A DNA stretch of 64,000 nucleotides, taken from the NCBI GenBank assembly GCA_951406725.2, contig OX597827.1, positions 36,704,001 through 36,768,000 of the forward strand. Direction: 5' to 3'. Of this stretch, positions 41,200-55,287 are shown piece by piece; position 1 is the first letter of the stretch, and the number at the start of each line of letters is the position of its first letter. The notes beneath the pieces were generated by a model. That model was given only the letters and a program-made list of their open reading frames with translations, was not told the DNA's origin and made no database searches. Source of the stretch: Octopus vulgaris (Eukaryota). Both the position numbers and the translations under genes were made by a program.

Positions 41200-42140
41200 A
41201 AAAATTATTTTATTCATAGAGTTTACTTTTAAATGAAGACTTAAATATATGCAATTCACCCTTATGCTCACAGCTCAAGTGTGTTTTGGAGCGAATGGAG
41301 ATGATGCCTAGCCTCAAAGTGATTATCAAGGCTGACAGGCAGCCACCTGGCAAGCGTGCCCGGTGGTTCAATACACCTGCACCAAATGAGATTGCAGTCA
41401 TTCTGGTTGGAGAAGAGCATGGCGAATGTGACATCATCTTGAAACATCATGACAACCGCTTATTATCCACAAGTCATATGATTGCTTGCAGTATCCTTTG
41501 ATGTTTCCACATGGAGAGGATGATATAATTTTGAGTTGCACCAAGTAGACCCGGTAACTGGGAGGAGACCAACAAACATATTTCCTGCAAGGATTTTTAT
41601 GACTGCCATCTACTGGTCCGAGATGGAAAATTTGACCAGCTTTTGCAGTTCAAGCAGGTGATGAGTCAGTTCATGGTGAACATTTACGCAAAGATCAAAA
41701 CTGAGTGTTTGCTACACGTTCGCATTAACCAGAAGAAATTGAGATCAGAACAATATATCTACCTGCAGGATGCGCTGAATCACGATGGCAATGCTCAAAA
41801 CATGGGTCAGCAAGTCATCCTACCATCAAGTTTCACTAGCTCATAATGTATCCAGGATGCCATGGCCTATGTGCACAAATTTGGCCTTTTTATAACATTC
41901 ACCTCTAACCCACAGTGGAAGGACATTTGGGACATGATCTTATCATAAGGGTTTTCCACCAGAAGCAGAAGCTGCTATGGCTGCTAAAGGATGGAAAAAT
42001 ATTTGGTGATCTTAATGCATAGATGTACACCATAGAATGGCAAAAACGAGGCCTCCCCCACTTTCATACGCTTATCTGGTGTAAGGAGAGAATCAGACCA
42101 GAGAACATCGATCAGATCATTTCAGCTGAGTTGCCTCCAT
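41200..42140 (+). mobile_element. Helitron Rep (HUH) domain fragment
   Basis: FNTPAPNEIAVILVG, NQKKLRSEQY, GQQVILPSSFT, QDAMAYV, FITFTSNPQW, TIEWQKRGLPHFHTLIW. Confidence 0.92.
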
Positions 42141-42199
42141 ATTAAAATAAATTTGTTTGAAATTTTAAGGTGTTTCTGTTATTTTGTCCAACCCCTGTA

Positions 42200-43690
42200 T
42201 CTTACTATGGCACCTGTAACAAAACACGTCACTAAAGAATATTACAGCTGAATAAAGAATATCTGGACCTTTGAACTCTCTGCATTCTATAAAACAGTGG
42301 TCCACAATATGTTTGCAGTGCCAATACTAATACCAACATTTGGGCTGCTTGATTGGATGCTTGATGAGATCTAAGCTGTTAATGTGAAAACCCGGAAGAT
42401 ACTAACAAGCACACATAATTTTCACATCAGTAGTGATGTAGACAACCTCTAGCTCAAATGAAAATAAGTTGGCAGATGCTTAACATTGATTCAAACTGCC
42501 TTTGAATGTCATATCATATCCCTTCAGCAAAATCTTTTAAATCCCCAGTGTTGAAGTGCATCCCTTAACCAGGTTTGCATACACATGAGGTTGATAACAT
42601 CATAAGACTTGGAATGCAGCTCCTTGAGCAGCATTCCTTGCCTGATAACCTTAAATACATTCCCAAAGAAGTTGCACAACTCTACTGCAACATATAATCA
42701 GATGAAAGGATGAGCGCATATCAGCAGAAGATGGATATGTTAGTAGAAAGCTCCGAGATGATAGCAGCATTGATCATCAAAGCAGTCTATCTGAACCAAC
42801 AACCAAATTACTACCTCCCACTTTGAAGAATATGCATTTGCAATCCACGAACAAGAAATATTAACCAAATACTTGGTGCATGAAATGGATAGAGATGCAG
42901 GAAAAGCAGTAAAATGTGACAACAAATGCAGACTTTGTGGAGTTAACACTGAAGATATCGCCCACATCATAATCAGTTGTCTGAAAATGTCATCATGATA
43001 TTATCTACTGATAATGCATGATATAGTAGGACACTGTATCTCAAAATCCATCGAAAGGATAACCCTGAGGACAAAGAAATAAGAAATATAGTGGAAGCCT
43101 TAGCCACTCACAAAAAAGGAATACTCTTAGGATGTCCCAGTCAAAACTTAATATAATGATTTGGAATAGAGAAGAGAAGCTGTGTACAGTTATGAAAATC
43201 ATCTGCCCAGCGGATGTTAGCATAAAACTGAACATTAGTAAAAAAAGAGAATACCTATGCTGAACTATTGAGAAATCTGCAATTACTCTATCCAGATTGC
43301 AAGTTTAGGTTTATACCTGTAATTATTGTGGCACTAGGATATGTAAAACACTGCCTAAGAACGAATCTTGAGAAATTAGGCTTCTCAAAACCAGAAAGGA
43401 GAAAGCTGATTTGAAAACTACAGATCAAAGCCATCACTGGAATTTTAAAAATCTGTAAAACTTTCCAGAAGTTTATCATTTAAATATATATGAGCATATC
43501 TAGATATGCAACTATATGCATGAGAATATATGCATAAAGAAAAATATACAAATTTGCACGTATACATACATACATACATACATACAAAAATACCCTGTTG
43601 ATATTGTTGAAATTCCAATGAAGGAGCCTTGGATCTAGGTTAAAAACTGGCTCTTTATTGGCAAGAAATCTTGAAATAAAACGGAATAAT
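42200..43690 (+). mobile_element. R4/Dong-like RLE LINE 3' half
   Basis: RT thumb (FAVPILIPTFG...VKTRKIL), AIHEQEILTKY, CCHC knuckle CRLCGVNTEDIAHIIISC, RLE tail KENTYAEL...IPVIIVALG; ends before (AC)n. Confidence 0.85.
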
Positions 43691-43730
<40 letters not shown>

Positions 43731-45437
43731 CGTGCACCTCCCCTCACCCGCACTATACATATAAAATATATATAAGCTGGTATCTGAGAGGTACAGTGTA
43801 TGTATGTGTATATATGTATATGTGTGTGTGTATATATATATATGTATTTATGTATGTATATATATGTATATGTATATATATATATGCACATGTATATATT
43901 TGTATATGTATATATATATATATATATACAAACACAAACACACACACATATATATATATATAATATAGAATACATATAAAATATATATCATCATCATTTA
44001 ATGTTCGTTTTCCATGCTGGCATGGATTGGACAGTTTGATAGGAGCTGGCAAGCAAGAGAGCTGCACCAGACTCCAATTGCCTGTTTTGACATAGTTTCT
44101 GTGGCAGGATGCTCTTCTAATGCCAACCACTTCACTGAGTGTACTGGGTGCTTTCTGTAAAGTGGCTGGTGTTAGGAAGGGCATCCAGTATTGAAACCAT
44201 ACCAAACCAGATAAATGAAGCCTGGTGCAGCTCTACTGCTTGCCAGCTAAACTGTCCAACCTATTCCAGTATGGAAAACGGATATTAAATGATTATGATA
44301 TATATATATATTATATACATATATAGACACTCATACACACATGCACTCACACACAAATATCTAATTTTACAGTGGATTATCTTTATGTTGGTAGAGAGTC
44401 TTATATTTACATTTACAGTTAAACTACTTTAGAATTTTGTTGAGTAATTTGAATGCCTGTTGATATGTCTTTTATTATACAAGCTTTTTGTGGGACAGGC
44501 ACTTACTGATAAACACATCAAATATAATACTAGGTGAGTTAACTGTTTGGAGATGTGATGTGATTTCTATGCACAGGCAGAATTCTTTGAAAGATTTTAT
44601 TAAGTCTTTCAATAACTTGTCTAAATAATTCTCATTCATGTTACTGGAGAATATGAAGCAGGTAAGATGGTAGCATTCATATAGATATGATGTAAATGGA
44701 TTTCACCTTTGGGTGAAAAAGTGCTTAATACTGACCATAAATGTTATCAGTGGTGGATGAAACCAAGGAATACATGGGAAAAAGTGATTAAGTTAGATCT
44801 TAGGAAAATTGAACTCACAGATCAGGATGACACAGGATTAAAATGAGTTGTGATATGGTGTAACTGATTGATACTGATTGAGGTGAGTAATGTGGTGATA
44901 TGAGTGGTACAGTGAGCGTGACTAGTCATGTGACAGCATGAAAAAGCAGATGTTAAAACAGCAACAACAACAATGATGATGCTAGTAGTGGTGATGGTAG
45001 TGGTGGTGGTGATCTTGAGCAGAAATGAGAAAAAATAACATTGGACCAGTCTAGAAGAATATGCATTTACGTTCTAATCCAAATTGTTTTCAAGTGCAAA
45101 AATCAGTAAAATATAAACCATCTGAAAGTCTGTACTCTGAGTTTGCATAGGTTTCATTTGAAATACTAACATTATACAACATACAACAAAATATGTGCCC
45201 CACTTGATGTATACCTCCAACCTCACACTTTCTAACTCAAACAGGTATCAATAATCCTACATTACATACTTCATATCCACAATGAACAACCATATACATC
45301 AAGACTACAAAATCACTACACTGCACTTCAGCATAAACATTAGCCTATAAACAAATGCACAGAAATCACACCAATGTAATTCAACAATAAAACATCTAAA
45401 AGTGTTCCACCAAACATTAACACAAATTATATAAGAA

Positions 45438-45822
45438 TACCAGGTCACACTAACTCAGAATATGAAACACTACCAGGTTACACTCAAAGAATATTGGCTC
45501 AACTCAGAATATGAATCAGTCCCATGTTGCAATCAAACTACACTGGCTTACTGGCTTATCTCAGTATCTGAAACAATACCAGGTCACACTCAAACCATAT
45601 TGGCCCAATGTATAATCTGAAACACTAAAATCTCTCACTCATATCATGCTGGTTCAACTCAGGACCTGAAACACTGCCAAGTTCCATTCAAACCATACTG
45701 GCTCAACTCAGAATGGTAAACAATTACCAGACCATACTCAAACTACACTAGCTCTACTGAAATACAACTGGGTCTCATTCAAACCATACTGGCCCAACTA
45801 AAATGCTGAAACATTACCAGGG
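45438..45822. repeat. Degenerate 49-bp minisatellite, about 8 copies
   Basis: Unit approximately taccaggtcacactcaaaccatactggctcaactcagaatctgaaacac. Confidence 0.8.
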
Positions 45823-46024
45823 AACAATGAGATTACAGTAACTCATTATTCTACCTATATCTTATATGATATAAGCACCGAAAAACAGAGTCTGTACTCT
45901 TTCTCTTCTCTGAGGATCAGATACAAAGCATTACACACATTTTTTTTATTGTATGGACATTCCTACCAACACAACTAGATATAAATTTCCTGTTGGTATT
46001 CACTATAAGTGTAGCTGAATTTCT

Positions 46025-46042
46025 CAGTAGGTGTGGCTGGGC

Positions 46043-46133
<91 letters not shown>
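46025..46133. repeat. Long (GA)n microsatellite
   Basis: Direct inspection. Confidence 0.97.
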
Positions 46134-46135
<2 letters not shown>

Positions 46136-46772
46136 TGTTTTTAAAGGAGATTAGCAATACCATGCCGATGGTGATGACAGCAATTAGATATTTATATAAC
46201 TGAGTGCGTGTTAAATCTGAAATTGTTGTTTATAAGATATAAAAGTTCAATAGTGCTTTTATGAACATTTTAGCATTTAATTTATAAAACAATAATACAT
46301 ACAAGCACACAAGCCAACGTACTTATTATACTGAGTACACAGCCCAGCCAAATAATAATTTAGCTAACAGGAACATTTCTGGTTAGGTAGCAAAGTGGTC
46401 ATCTCATCCAAACCTAACAAGTATGAAAGGTTTGGCTTCATTCCAAAGCAATAGAAACATCTGAAAATAGTCGTGTCCACTGCAGTGCTATTGAAACTAG
46501 ACATATAAGTCACTAAAGACTGCCATTGCAGCATTTCACCTACCAACTAATTATATTATTTAAGTGGTGGTGATGATATTACAGAGATAGCAAGGTTGAG
46601 AAAAGAGAGGCAGGATAAATCTGTATTGGATTTTAGGGTATGCATAGATGGGAGAGGTGAACTGTGGCTTGTGGAAAGATAAGCAGATATAACCTATGTT
46701 GTGTTATATCTGTGTATGTGGGGTCAGCTGTAATTTTAAGGGAAGATTGGCAAACAAATCTGAACTGTTTTA

Positions 46773-46929
<157 letters not shown>

Positions 46930-47247
46930 GTAAAAAGCACCATCTGAATTGTGGCCGAAGCCAGTGCCGCCTCGACTGGCTTCCATGCAGGTGGCACGTA
47001 AAATGCACCAATCCAACCGTGGCTGATGCCAGCCTCGCCTGGCACCAGTGCAGGTGGCACGTAAAAAGCAACCACTACACTCACGGAGTGGTTGGCATTA
47101 GGAAGGGCATCCAGCTGTAGAAACATTGCCAGATAAGACCAGAGCCTGGTGCAGCCTTCTGGCTTCCCAGATCCCCAGTCGAACCGTCCAACCCATGCTA
47201 GCATGGAGAACAGACGTTAAACGATGATAATGCTGATGATGATGATG

Positions 47248-47278
<31 letters not shown>

Positions 47279-47948
47279 CATACACACATACATGCATCCA
47301 CACTCACACACATATATATATATCCACACACACACGCACACACACACACACATATATATATGTATGTATGTACATTCACACATAGATGCATCCACACACA
47401 CATTCATGTACATATAGATATATGTATGCACACATACAAATGTGGGTGGTGATGTGTAATTTTATGAAGACATACAGAGAAATATGTTTTAAGAGAATGG
47501 TATGAAAAGAAAGATTAGGGAATTAAAAAAATAAGAGTAAAAGTAACATTTTGAGACAATTATGGAGGAAGGGTGGGAACAAAAGAGAAGATACGAAAGG
47601 AATGAGATAAAGGAAGTGTAAAGAGAGAAAGAGCTGGGTTTTTTTTATCACTCTATCTCTCTCACTCACCACCTCATCTCTACATCATTCTCCACCTCAT
47701 TCTCTCTACCATCTCTCTCTAGAAGTGTCTCTACTACACACACACACACACGTACACATGCACACACACATACACACAGAGACAAATATGTGTGAAGTAG
47801 AAAGTTACATATATATACATAAATACATATACCCATGCACATACATATACATACATAAATACATACATACATATATATGAACAAGCATGCAGACACAGAT
47901 TCATTGATTCATTGACTGTTATCTAGCTGATTGTGCCCAATAAATTAG

Positions 47949-48003
<55 letters not shown>

Positions 48004-48573
48004 ACAGAGAGAGACTGAGACAGGAAGAAGTGGTAGAAAAAGGTAGATGTCTTTCTACAAGTATGTTTGACATTTAGTTTGTAGAGAGAAAGAGAGAGGA
48101 GAAGATGGTGATGGGAAGAGGGTAGGTGTCTTTCTACAAATAACATTTGATAATTTCTACATTGTAGGTAACTGTTGAGCATTTCTATAGGATTTTATGA
48201 CTGAATCTATCCTCTTCCTGTTGTAGTTTTCGTTTATCTCTAGGTACAACAGCATTCACTAATGTGTCCTTCACTTTTTTAAGACTGCATGGTGGAATTT
48301 AATAAAATTTGATTGTTGTTTCCAATAAGTAGAGCAATTGAGCAGTAGCAACTTGATTAACTTCGAACTCAGTGGTGTATGTGTGTGTGTGTGTGGTGTG
48401 TGTGTGTGGTGTGTGTGTGTGCGCATGCATGTATATATGTGTGTAAATATATATATATATATATATATGTATATAACGGGAAGCTTTATGAAAATAGACA
48501 AAAGACGAAGGCAGGTGGAAAACAAACAAACAATTGTATTAGTATGGCGCTCAGGAAATATAAATAAAACAAG

Positions 48574-48611
48574 TCTTTAACGTTTCGAGCCTACGCTCTT
48601 CAACAGAAAGA
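48574..48611 (-). ncRNA. Minimal hammerhead variant (CUGUUGA core) in a short insert within (TA)n
   Basis: TCTTT CTGTTGA A GAGC-gtag-GCTC GAAA CG TT AAAGA. Confidence 0.6.
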
Positions 48612-48617
48612 TACATA

Positions 48618-48669
<52 letters not shown>

Positions 48670-48688
48670 TATATATATATATACATCC

Positions 48689-48719
<31 letters not shown>

Positions 48720-48740
48720 CATATATATATACATACATAT

Positions 48741-48798
<58 letters not shown>

Positions 48799-49070
48799 TT
48801 ATTTATATATATAATCAACTAATAAGGGTGAGAAAATTGGATACTAATTTAATAGTACCATCAATTTAACACCAAGTGGCTTAGTGCATAAAAACCGGGA
48901 ATACAATAAATTTTATACGTAAATATAAGAGAGTGATCACTATGTGGTCGACTCTAGCACTAAAAATAGATCCGCTACGGTTTAGCCACGAAGAATTGTT
49001 TCCGATGAAAGTTAGCACAACTATTAGCGTAAACGAGTAGGGCAAATAAAAAATAACAAAAATGCAGATT

Positions 49071-49149
49071 AATTCAGGACAATTGTTTCGCTATTAATAA
49101 ATTATGTAATTTTACTCACATAACGTATATGTAGCTCCTCAGCTGAATT
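49071..49149 (-). ncRNA. Canonical type I hammerhead, palindromic stem III CAAUUG
   Basis: AATTCAG CTGAGGA GCTA-38 nt-TAGC GAAA CAATTG TC CTGAATT; 7-bp perfect stem I and GUC site. Confidence 0.9.
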
Positions 49150-49458
49150 TGTATAGAATACAATTTACTCAACCGCCTGCCAGATTTTACCATAACGATA
49201 AACACACATGTGGTTCAGTCGATTGCATTCGCCGTTCTGAGGAGCTACAGATATGTTATGTGAGTAAAATTACATAATTTATTAAAGGTTATTTATGACA
49301 GGTAACGACAAACATATACATTTAGATTGACTGAGGTAGTAATACGAGTCATAAAAGTCATTATTATGAGATGATTATAAGATGATAATAAAGTAAGAGA
49401 ACAAAACGGACCATGGTTTACGCAAAGCTATTCATCGTTTGAACAACACTGGTTAATG

Positions 49459-49502
<44 letters not shown>

Positions 49503-49522
49503 CAAATAAGAAAATGGAGAAA

Positions 49523-49719
49523 CAAATTCATTTCGATCATCAACTTACGGATATTACAATTTCACATTATTTATTAATTATACAAATGGGAACATGAAAA
49601 TCGAACAAAACAATATACATCAATATATATATAAAAACATGCTTCACATACTATCCAATAAAAACAAGAAAATACATAATAAGACAGATATTCAAAATAC
49701 ACGCACACACACACACACG

Positions 49720-49751
<32 letters not shown>

Positions 49752-50031
49752 AACACATATATGCATATAAAATATACAAATGTACTTACATATACATACA
49801 TAGGCAAATCGTACATAGTAATCACATGTGCAAAAAACATAAAGAACAACATTGAACAGTATATCACATCACATTGGATTATCATGCTTCGTATAGTTCA
49901 GTAAATGCATTCTAACGTAATATACTACCATTTTTAACAATACCAACAGTAATGTTGTTTTAACGGTAATACTAAACAACGTAACAAAAATTCATGAAAC
50001 AAGGTACTAAGTATAAATGTTCACACACACA

Positions 50032-50063
<32 letters not shown>

Positions 50064-50075
50064 TACACACACACA

Positions 50076-50121
<46 letters not shown>

Positions 50122-50540
50122 CATACACATATGCATAAACAAGATATTTGCGTATGAATATATTATACAAACATAATCTAAATAATACTTAACGCATCCG
50201 CTTAACACGAATAAGTTAAATCCTAGCATCCAAAACATTCAGTCCGAATTACAAGTCCAGGTAAGATCAGTTCCACAAAATATAAGTCCCCGTTATATGC
50301 ATATTAATCTAATATGCATATGTTAGATTAATATGCATATAACGGGGATAGGCAATTTAAGTTGAATTGACTCTTGACCATAGACTGAAACAGCTGTAAG
50401 GAGCAGTTTATTTGTATTATTTTAATTTTTATTATTATATTACATATTGATGTATATTGTTTTGTTTGATTTTCATGTTCCCATTTGTATATTTAATGTG
50501 AAATTGTAATATCCGTAAGTTGATGATTGAAATGAATTTG
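49523..50540. mobile_element. Element with about 100-bp inverted ends and an internal palindrome (PLE pseudo-LTR-like)
   Basis: 49523-49626 is approximately the reverse complement of 50444-50540; palindrome at 50287-50348; HHR 3' half GAAACAGCTGTA at 50387-50398. Confidence 0.7.
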
Positions 50541-51178
50541 GTTAACACACAAACACATATATATATACATATATACAACGGGCTTCTTTCAGTTTCTGTC
50601 TACCAAATCCACTCACAAGGCTTTGGTCAGCCCGAGGCTATAGTAGAAGACACTTGCCCAAGGTGCCACGCAGTGGGACTGAACCCGGAACCATGTGGTT
50701 GGTAAGCAAGCTACTTAACACACAGCCACTCTTACGCCTATATATATTTTTTAGCTATATCTCTATTTCATTTTAGCTTATATGATAGATCTTGACGACA
50801 GGAATCTATCCATATAAGCAAAAATGTTCAGTGGAAAAGAGGTACTGAGGTCAAAACCGGCGAAAAAAAAAAGGAGATTAACACCTGAAATTGACTTTGA
50901 CTCTAAATATTATTCTTATTTCAAAGAAAACTACATTAAAATTTAACTTTTCTGATAGATCTTGACTACAGGAATCCCATGATGATAATTATATAAAAGA
51001 AATTTTAAACAGAAAACTACTGGGGCCAAATGTGCCGAAAACAGTGGTAATGCATAAAAACAAATTCAAAATGAAAAAAGTTACTATATAAGCTAAATGT
51101 GCCCAAAGTACGTAAAACAGTTTCCAAGTAATATTAGCAGAGATACCCTGAGTTGCCCGGGATTAAAATGGCATAGTT

Positions 51179-51231
<53 letters not shown>

Positions 51232-51434
51232 GAGTAGTTGAATTAATTATCTTATTATGGATAATTCGGTTAACCGATACCTGGGTAGCAAATTCACGTC
51301 AGAAAAACACGGTTGAAGCTACATGCCTAAGGCAGAGATCACGTGCTATCGTGTGGAAATTTGTGTGTTTTTTTAAATACAAATAAATGAAAGAATGGAG
51401 TTGAACGACGAATTAACAAAATTCCTTTATTTTA

Positions 51435-51517
51435 TTTTCGACATATGTTTCGAAGGCTGCATATTCCTAATTTCGAAGAAATAAGGGGTGCATTATGCCG
51501 CCTTCTCATCAGGAAAA
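51435..51517 (-). ncRNA. Canonical type I hammerhead (left copy)
   Basis: Reverse complement of 52205-52287. Confidence 0.92.
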
Positions 51518-52204
51518 GTAAGGAACTTATGTCAGCATCAAGATGCACAAAAACGTTTAGATGACTGCCCACACGGAGCCCATAGCGATAATGAGTGTTT
51601 CTTTAAAATATTCCGTTATAAGCAGTGACGTCAAAAATGGTTGAATGTAGAAGATTCTAGAAGGTTCAAGGGTTCAAACAAGGTTGGAGGAGAGAGACCT
51701 AAGAATAGGAAGGTAAAAGGGTGCAGGTCAAATGAATGGTGATTTTGTTGTTTTCTTTTGTGAATGAGTGCCTATGTGTGTGTATGTATATAACTGCATT
51801 AATGGCTGTGTGTGTGTATGTGTGTTCGTGATTGTGTGTGTGGATGGGTAGATGCCAAAAACAGACAGTGGTGAAGTGACAGGTTTGTGTCTGTGTGTTT
51901 GATTGTGCTTACGATAGAGAGAGGGAAAGAGAGAGAGGAGGGCGAGTTAGAGAGACAAAGGTAAAACATACCTCAATGGGTTGGGTAGTAGTCCTTTAAG
52001 AGTATAAAAATTGACTATGGGGGTGATATATAAATGGGACTATATTATTAAAATTCACCTTCTAGAATCTTCTACATTCAACCATTTTTGACGTCACTGC
52101 TTATAACGGAATATTTTAAAGAAACACTCATTATCGCTATGGGCTCCGTGTGGGCAGTCATCTAAAAGTTTTTGTGCATCTTGTTGCTGACATAAGTTCC
52201 TTAC

Positions 52205-52287
52205 TTTTCCTGATGAGAAGGCGGCATAATGCACCCCTTATTTCTTCGAAATTAGGAATATGCAGCCTTCGAAACATATGTCGAAAA
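52205..52287 (+). ncRNA. Canonical type I hammerhead, palindromic stem III CAUAUG
   Basis: TTTTC CTGATGA GAAGGC-42 nt-GCCTTC GAAA CATATG TC GAAAA. Confidence 0.92.
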
Positions 52288-52333
52288 TAAAATAAAGGAA
52301 TTTTGTTAATTCGTCGTTCAACTCCATTCTTTC

Positions 52334-52409
<76 letters not shown>

Positions 52410-53030
52410 TAACATTCATGTTCAAACAGGTGATACGGGAAAGTGCAACACTGACGACAAAACATTTGTGGAGTAAATGTTAAAGTTTTGCATAAACGAC
52501 AGTTTGAGTTAGCTCACCACTTTGGACAGAATTATGATTTTTATAAGAATGGGATGGATCATACCTGAAAGCAGCTCCAGGTGTTGTGAAGAACGAATCC
52601 GTACGTGCTCTATTTCGGAGAACTATTCTATTAGACCTCTGTGTAATCTGGCGTGCTAAATGTTGTTTTAATGATTCAGCATTAAGCGTTGCAGTATGCC
52701 TTGGCTGATCTTGGGAAAGTTTCATCTCACTTCTCTCTTGAGACTCCATTTGATGTGCTGCAGTATGCTTTTGCTGATCTCGAGAAAGTCTCCTCTCCCT
52801 TCTCTCTGGACATTGTAATTGACGTGCAGCAACATGAGTTTGGTGATCTTTAGAAAGTGCCATGTCCCTTCTCTGTTGAGACTCCATCTGACGTGCTGCA
52901 GCATGCATTTGCTGATGTTGAGAAATTCTCATGTCCCTTATTTCTTGAGACTCTTATCTTCGATATTCTGAATTCCTCCTTGCTTTATAGGCGTTAATGG
53001 AGATATTACGTTTTTCCTTTGGTAGCATAT
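52410..53030 (-). mobile_element. Helitron N-terminal repeat region; matching 3' terminus at about 51134-51180
   Basis: Repeats like RLSRDQQKHTAAHQMES followed by AAFRYDP; terminus tagcagagataccctgagttgcccggg resembles that at 20708. Confidence 0.7.
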
Positions 53031-55287
53031 TTTTTTCAATATTTTAAACAAAAAATTATGTATATAGAAAAAATATACATTAATCTCTACTTTTGTAAGC
53101 AGTTGTATGTATGTAGTATGTCTATATTTTGTGTGCAGTGTAAAGTAATCTAATATAGGCAAATTGTAAATACCTTGCAACTGCTGCGATAATTATGAAC
53201 TGTTAATGGAACGGCAGGTGTATATTTTTATATAACTTGGACCTTCCACATGGTAATGTGGGTTGTCAAGGGTTTATGTAGATGTGTGTGTGTGTGTGTG
53301 TTTAATAACATAGGTAACGGGCGCATAAACCCACACTCACAGATATAAACACATTCGTATTAAAAAAATGTGACGATACGCACACTCTCACATACAGACA
53401 TACATTAACGCATGTCAGTCGTCACATGTGTATATGCATGTGTAGATGTGTGTGTGTGTGTTTAATAACGTGCCTAACGCGGAAACACACACACAGTTAG
53501 AAAGATATACACACTCATACACCCACACACATACACTCAGAGACACATACACATATATGTGACGTCGTCGACGTCGTGGTGGTTTGAAATGCCCTTTATT
53601 ATCTCGTACATATCGAACACGCAAACACATACACACAAAAGTGAAAGAATAAAAGTGAAGCAATATTACACAACGGTTTTCGATAGAAAGAGAAAAAGTG
53701 TATTTAAATAGACGGAGTGCATAAAATTTAAAATAAATAAAGTCAATTTTCGGAGAGAGAGAGAGTGAGAGAAACTGATATCTGTATATGTGAAAGTGAG
53801 AAAAAGAAAAAGAGATAAATAAGAAAAGAGAAAAGGAAGAGAATTGCTTGAAAACTGCTGAAGTCAAAGGGAGAAAATCGGTTGAAAATTGCATATTTGT
53901 TGAGACAAACCCATGCGAAAAACTTTTTTTCATGGACGGTTTGTCACATTAGGCGGGAGCACTGGGCAAAATGTTATAGTGCATGCCCATCCATGGGACA
54001 TAAGTATTGTGTGTGTAAAGTTTGGTGAAAATCGGTTGAAAACTGTAGAAATGCATACATATTACACACACACACACACATGTGAACATGCACATAACTT
54101 TTAAAATACCCATGAAAGGAAACAAAGGTGAGTGTGACGAATACGTAGCTATGCATTGTAAATAAACACTCACACACACATACATATATATACATACATA
54201 CGTACATGCATACATATATACTTTTTGCAGAAAAATGTTACTGAGGTTTAAAGTTTAATCATTTTCACCTAATCAGAAAACAGGATTCAGAAGCTGGCAT
54301 TTCCTGCATGATAGTTGTCTATCACAAAATGAAATCAAAATCATTATCTGAGGAGGAATTTTTATTAAACAAAGGAAAGCAAAGCATTACAACGACCAAA
54401 GTTGCAAGAACTTCTGAAGTTTGAATAGGTTTTTGTTTGTTTTTAAACTTTAATTCAATATTAAGAGTAGCAGAATTTAGAATATTATTTCTTAGAGCAA
54501 ATTGACAAGGTTTTTGCTTTCAGATAGTATGATTGGATTTTCAGAGCAGCAGGATTCAGATTTTTTATTTTTAGGCGAGTTGACAAGAACAGTAGCTGAA
54601 TTGCAGGCTTTATTTTTATTTTGGATGAATTTCAACTAACAAACTAACTTTGCCCTAACAAGGGCAGGTGACTCCTTCTGCCTTACGGTGGATGCATTAG
54701 CTATTTTTGAATTTTTTAAAATTTCGTATTAGCCATGGCTTTACTATTCATATGACCAGATTCTCTTCTTACTATATAGTTGATATATTTTCATACTTTT
54801 TCTTGTTAACTCTTCTAACTATGTATAGATATAGATAAATTATTTCTTGATTTTATAATAAAATAAGGGCAGAGGTAAAGAATACGCACAGAAACCATTT
54901 TCAGCATAACCCTAAGCCTAACCCTATACCCTAACCCTTACTCTAAACCCTAACCTTAACCCTCAACTCTAACCCTTAATGCCGGGTGTGCATATTCTTT
55001 TCTTCACCAAAATTAGTATTATATTAATATTCACTATTATTATGTTTGCAGTTTTAAAAATCATTTTTATATTAGCCAAAGCAACGAAACCCTGTCCAGA
55101 TAACCTTTTCTTACTTCTAGAATTTAAGAAAAAATATCTGAAAATTAAAAAAACACAACATAAAATACTTATTTTAATTCAATCATCAATAATTCAAATA
55201 ATTTTTAACAAAAGAATATTTATTATTTTTATTGCATTGCCTGGTAAAAAAAAAGGTGATTACAATGAAAAATGTAGGTGCATGCAT

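Larger units (their letters stand above)
51385..52337. mobile_element. Non-coding fold-back cassette with 281-bp inverted arms, each carrying an HHR
   Basis: 51385-51665 vs 52057-52337, about 2 mismatches seen; right end abuts (TA)n. Confidence 0.93.

Noticed and set aside
43612-43656. HHR-like motif in the RLE-LINE 3' UTR (CCAATGA...AAAACTGG)
   Set aside because: Both core boxes are mutated; not supportable without a consensus.
44410-44670. Plus-strand exons with good GTGAGT/GTAAGA donors
   Set aside because: The frames I checked contain stops, and the sequence resembles a decayed PLE RT remnant.
45438-45822. CRISPR-like array
   Set aside because: Contiguous degenerate units, no unique spacers, no cas genes, eukaryotic context.
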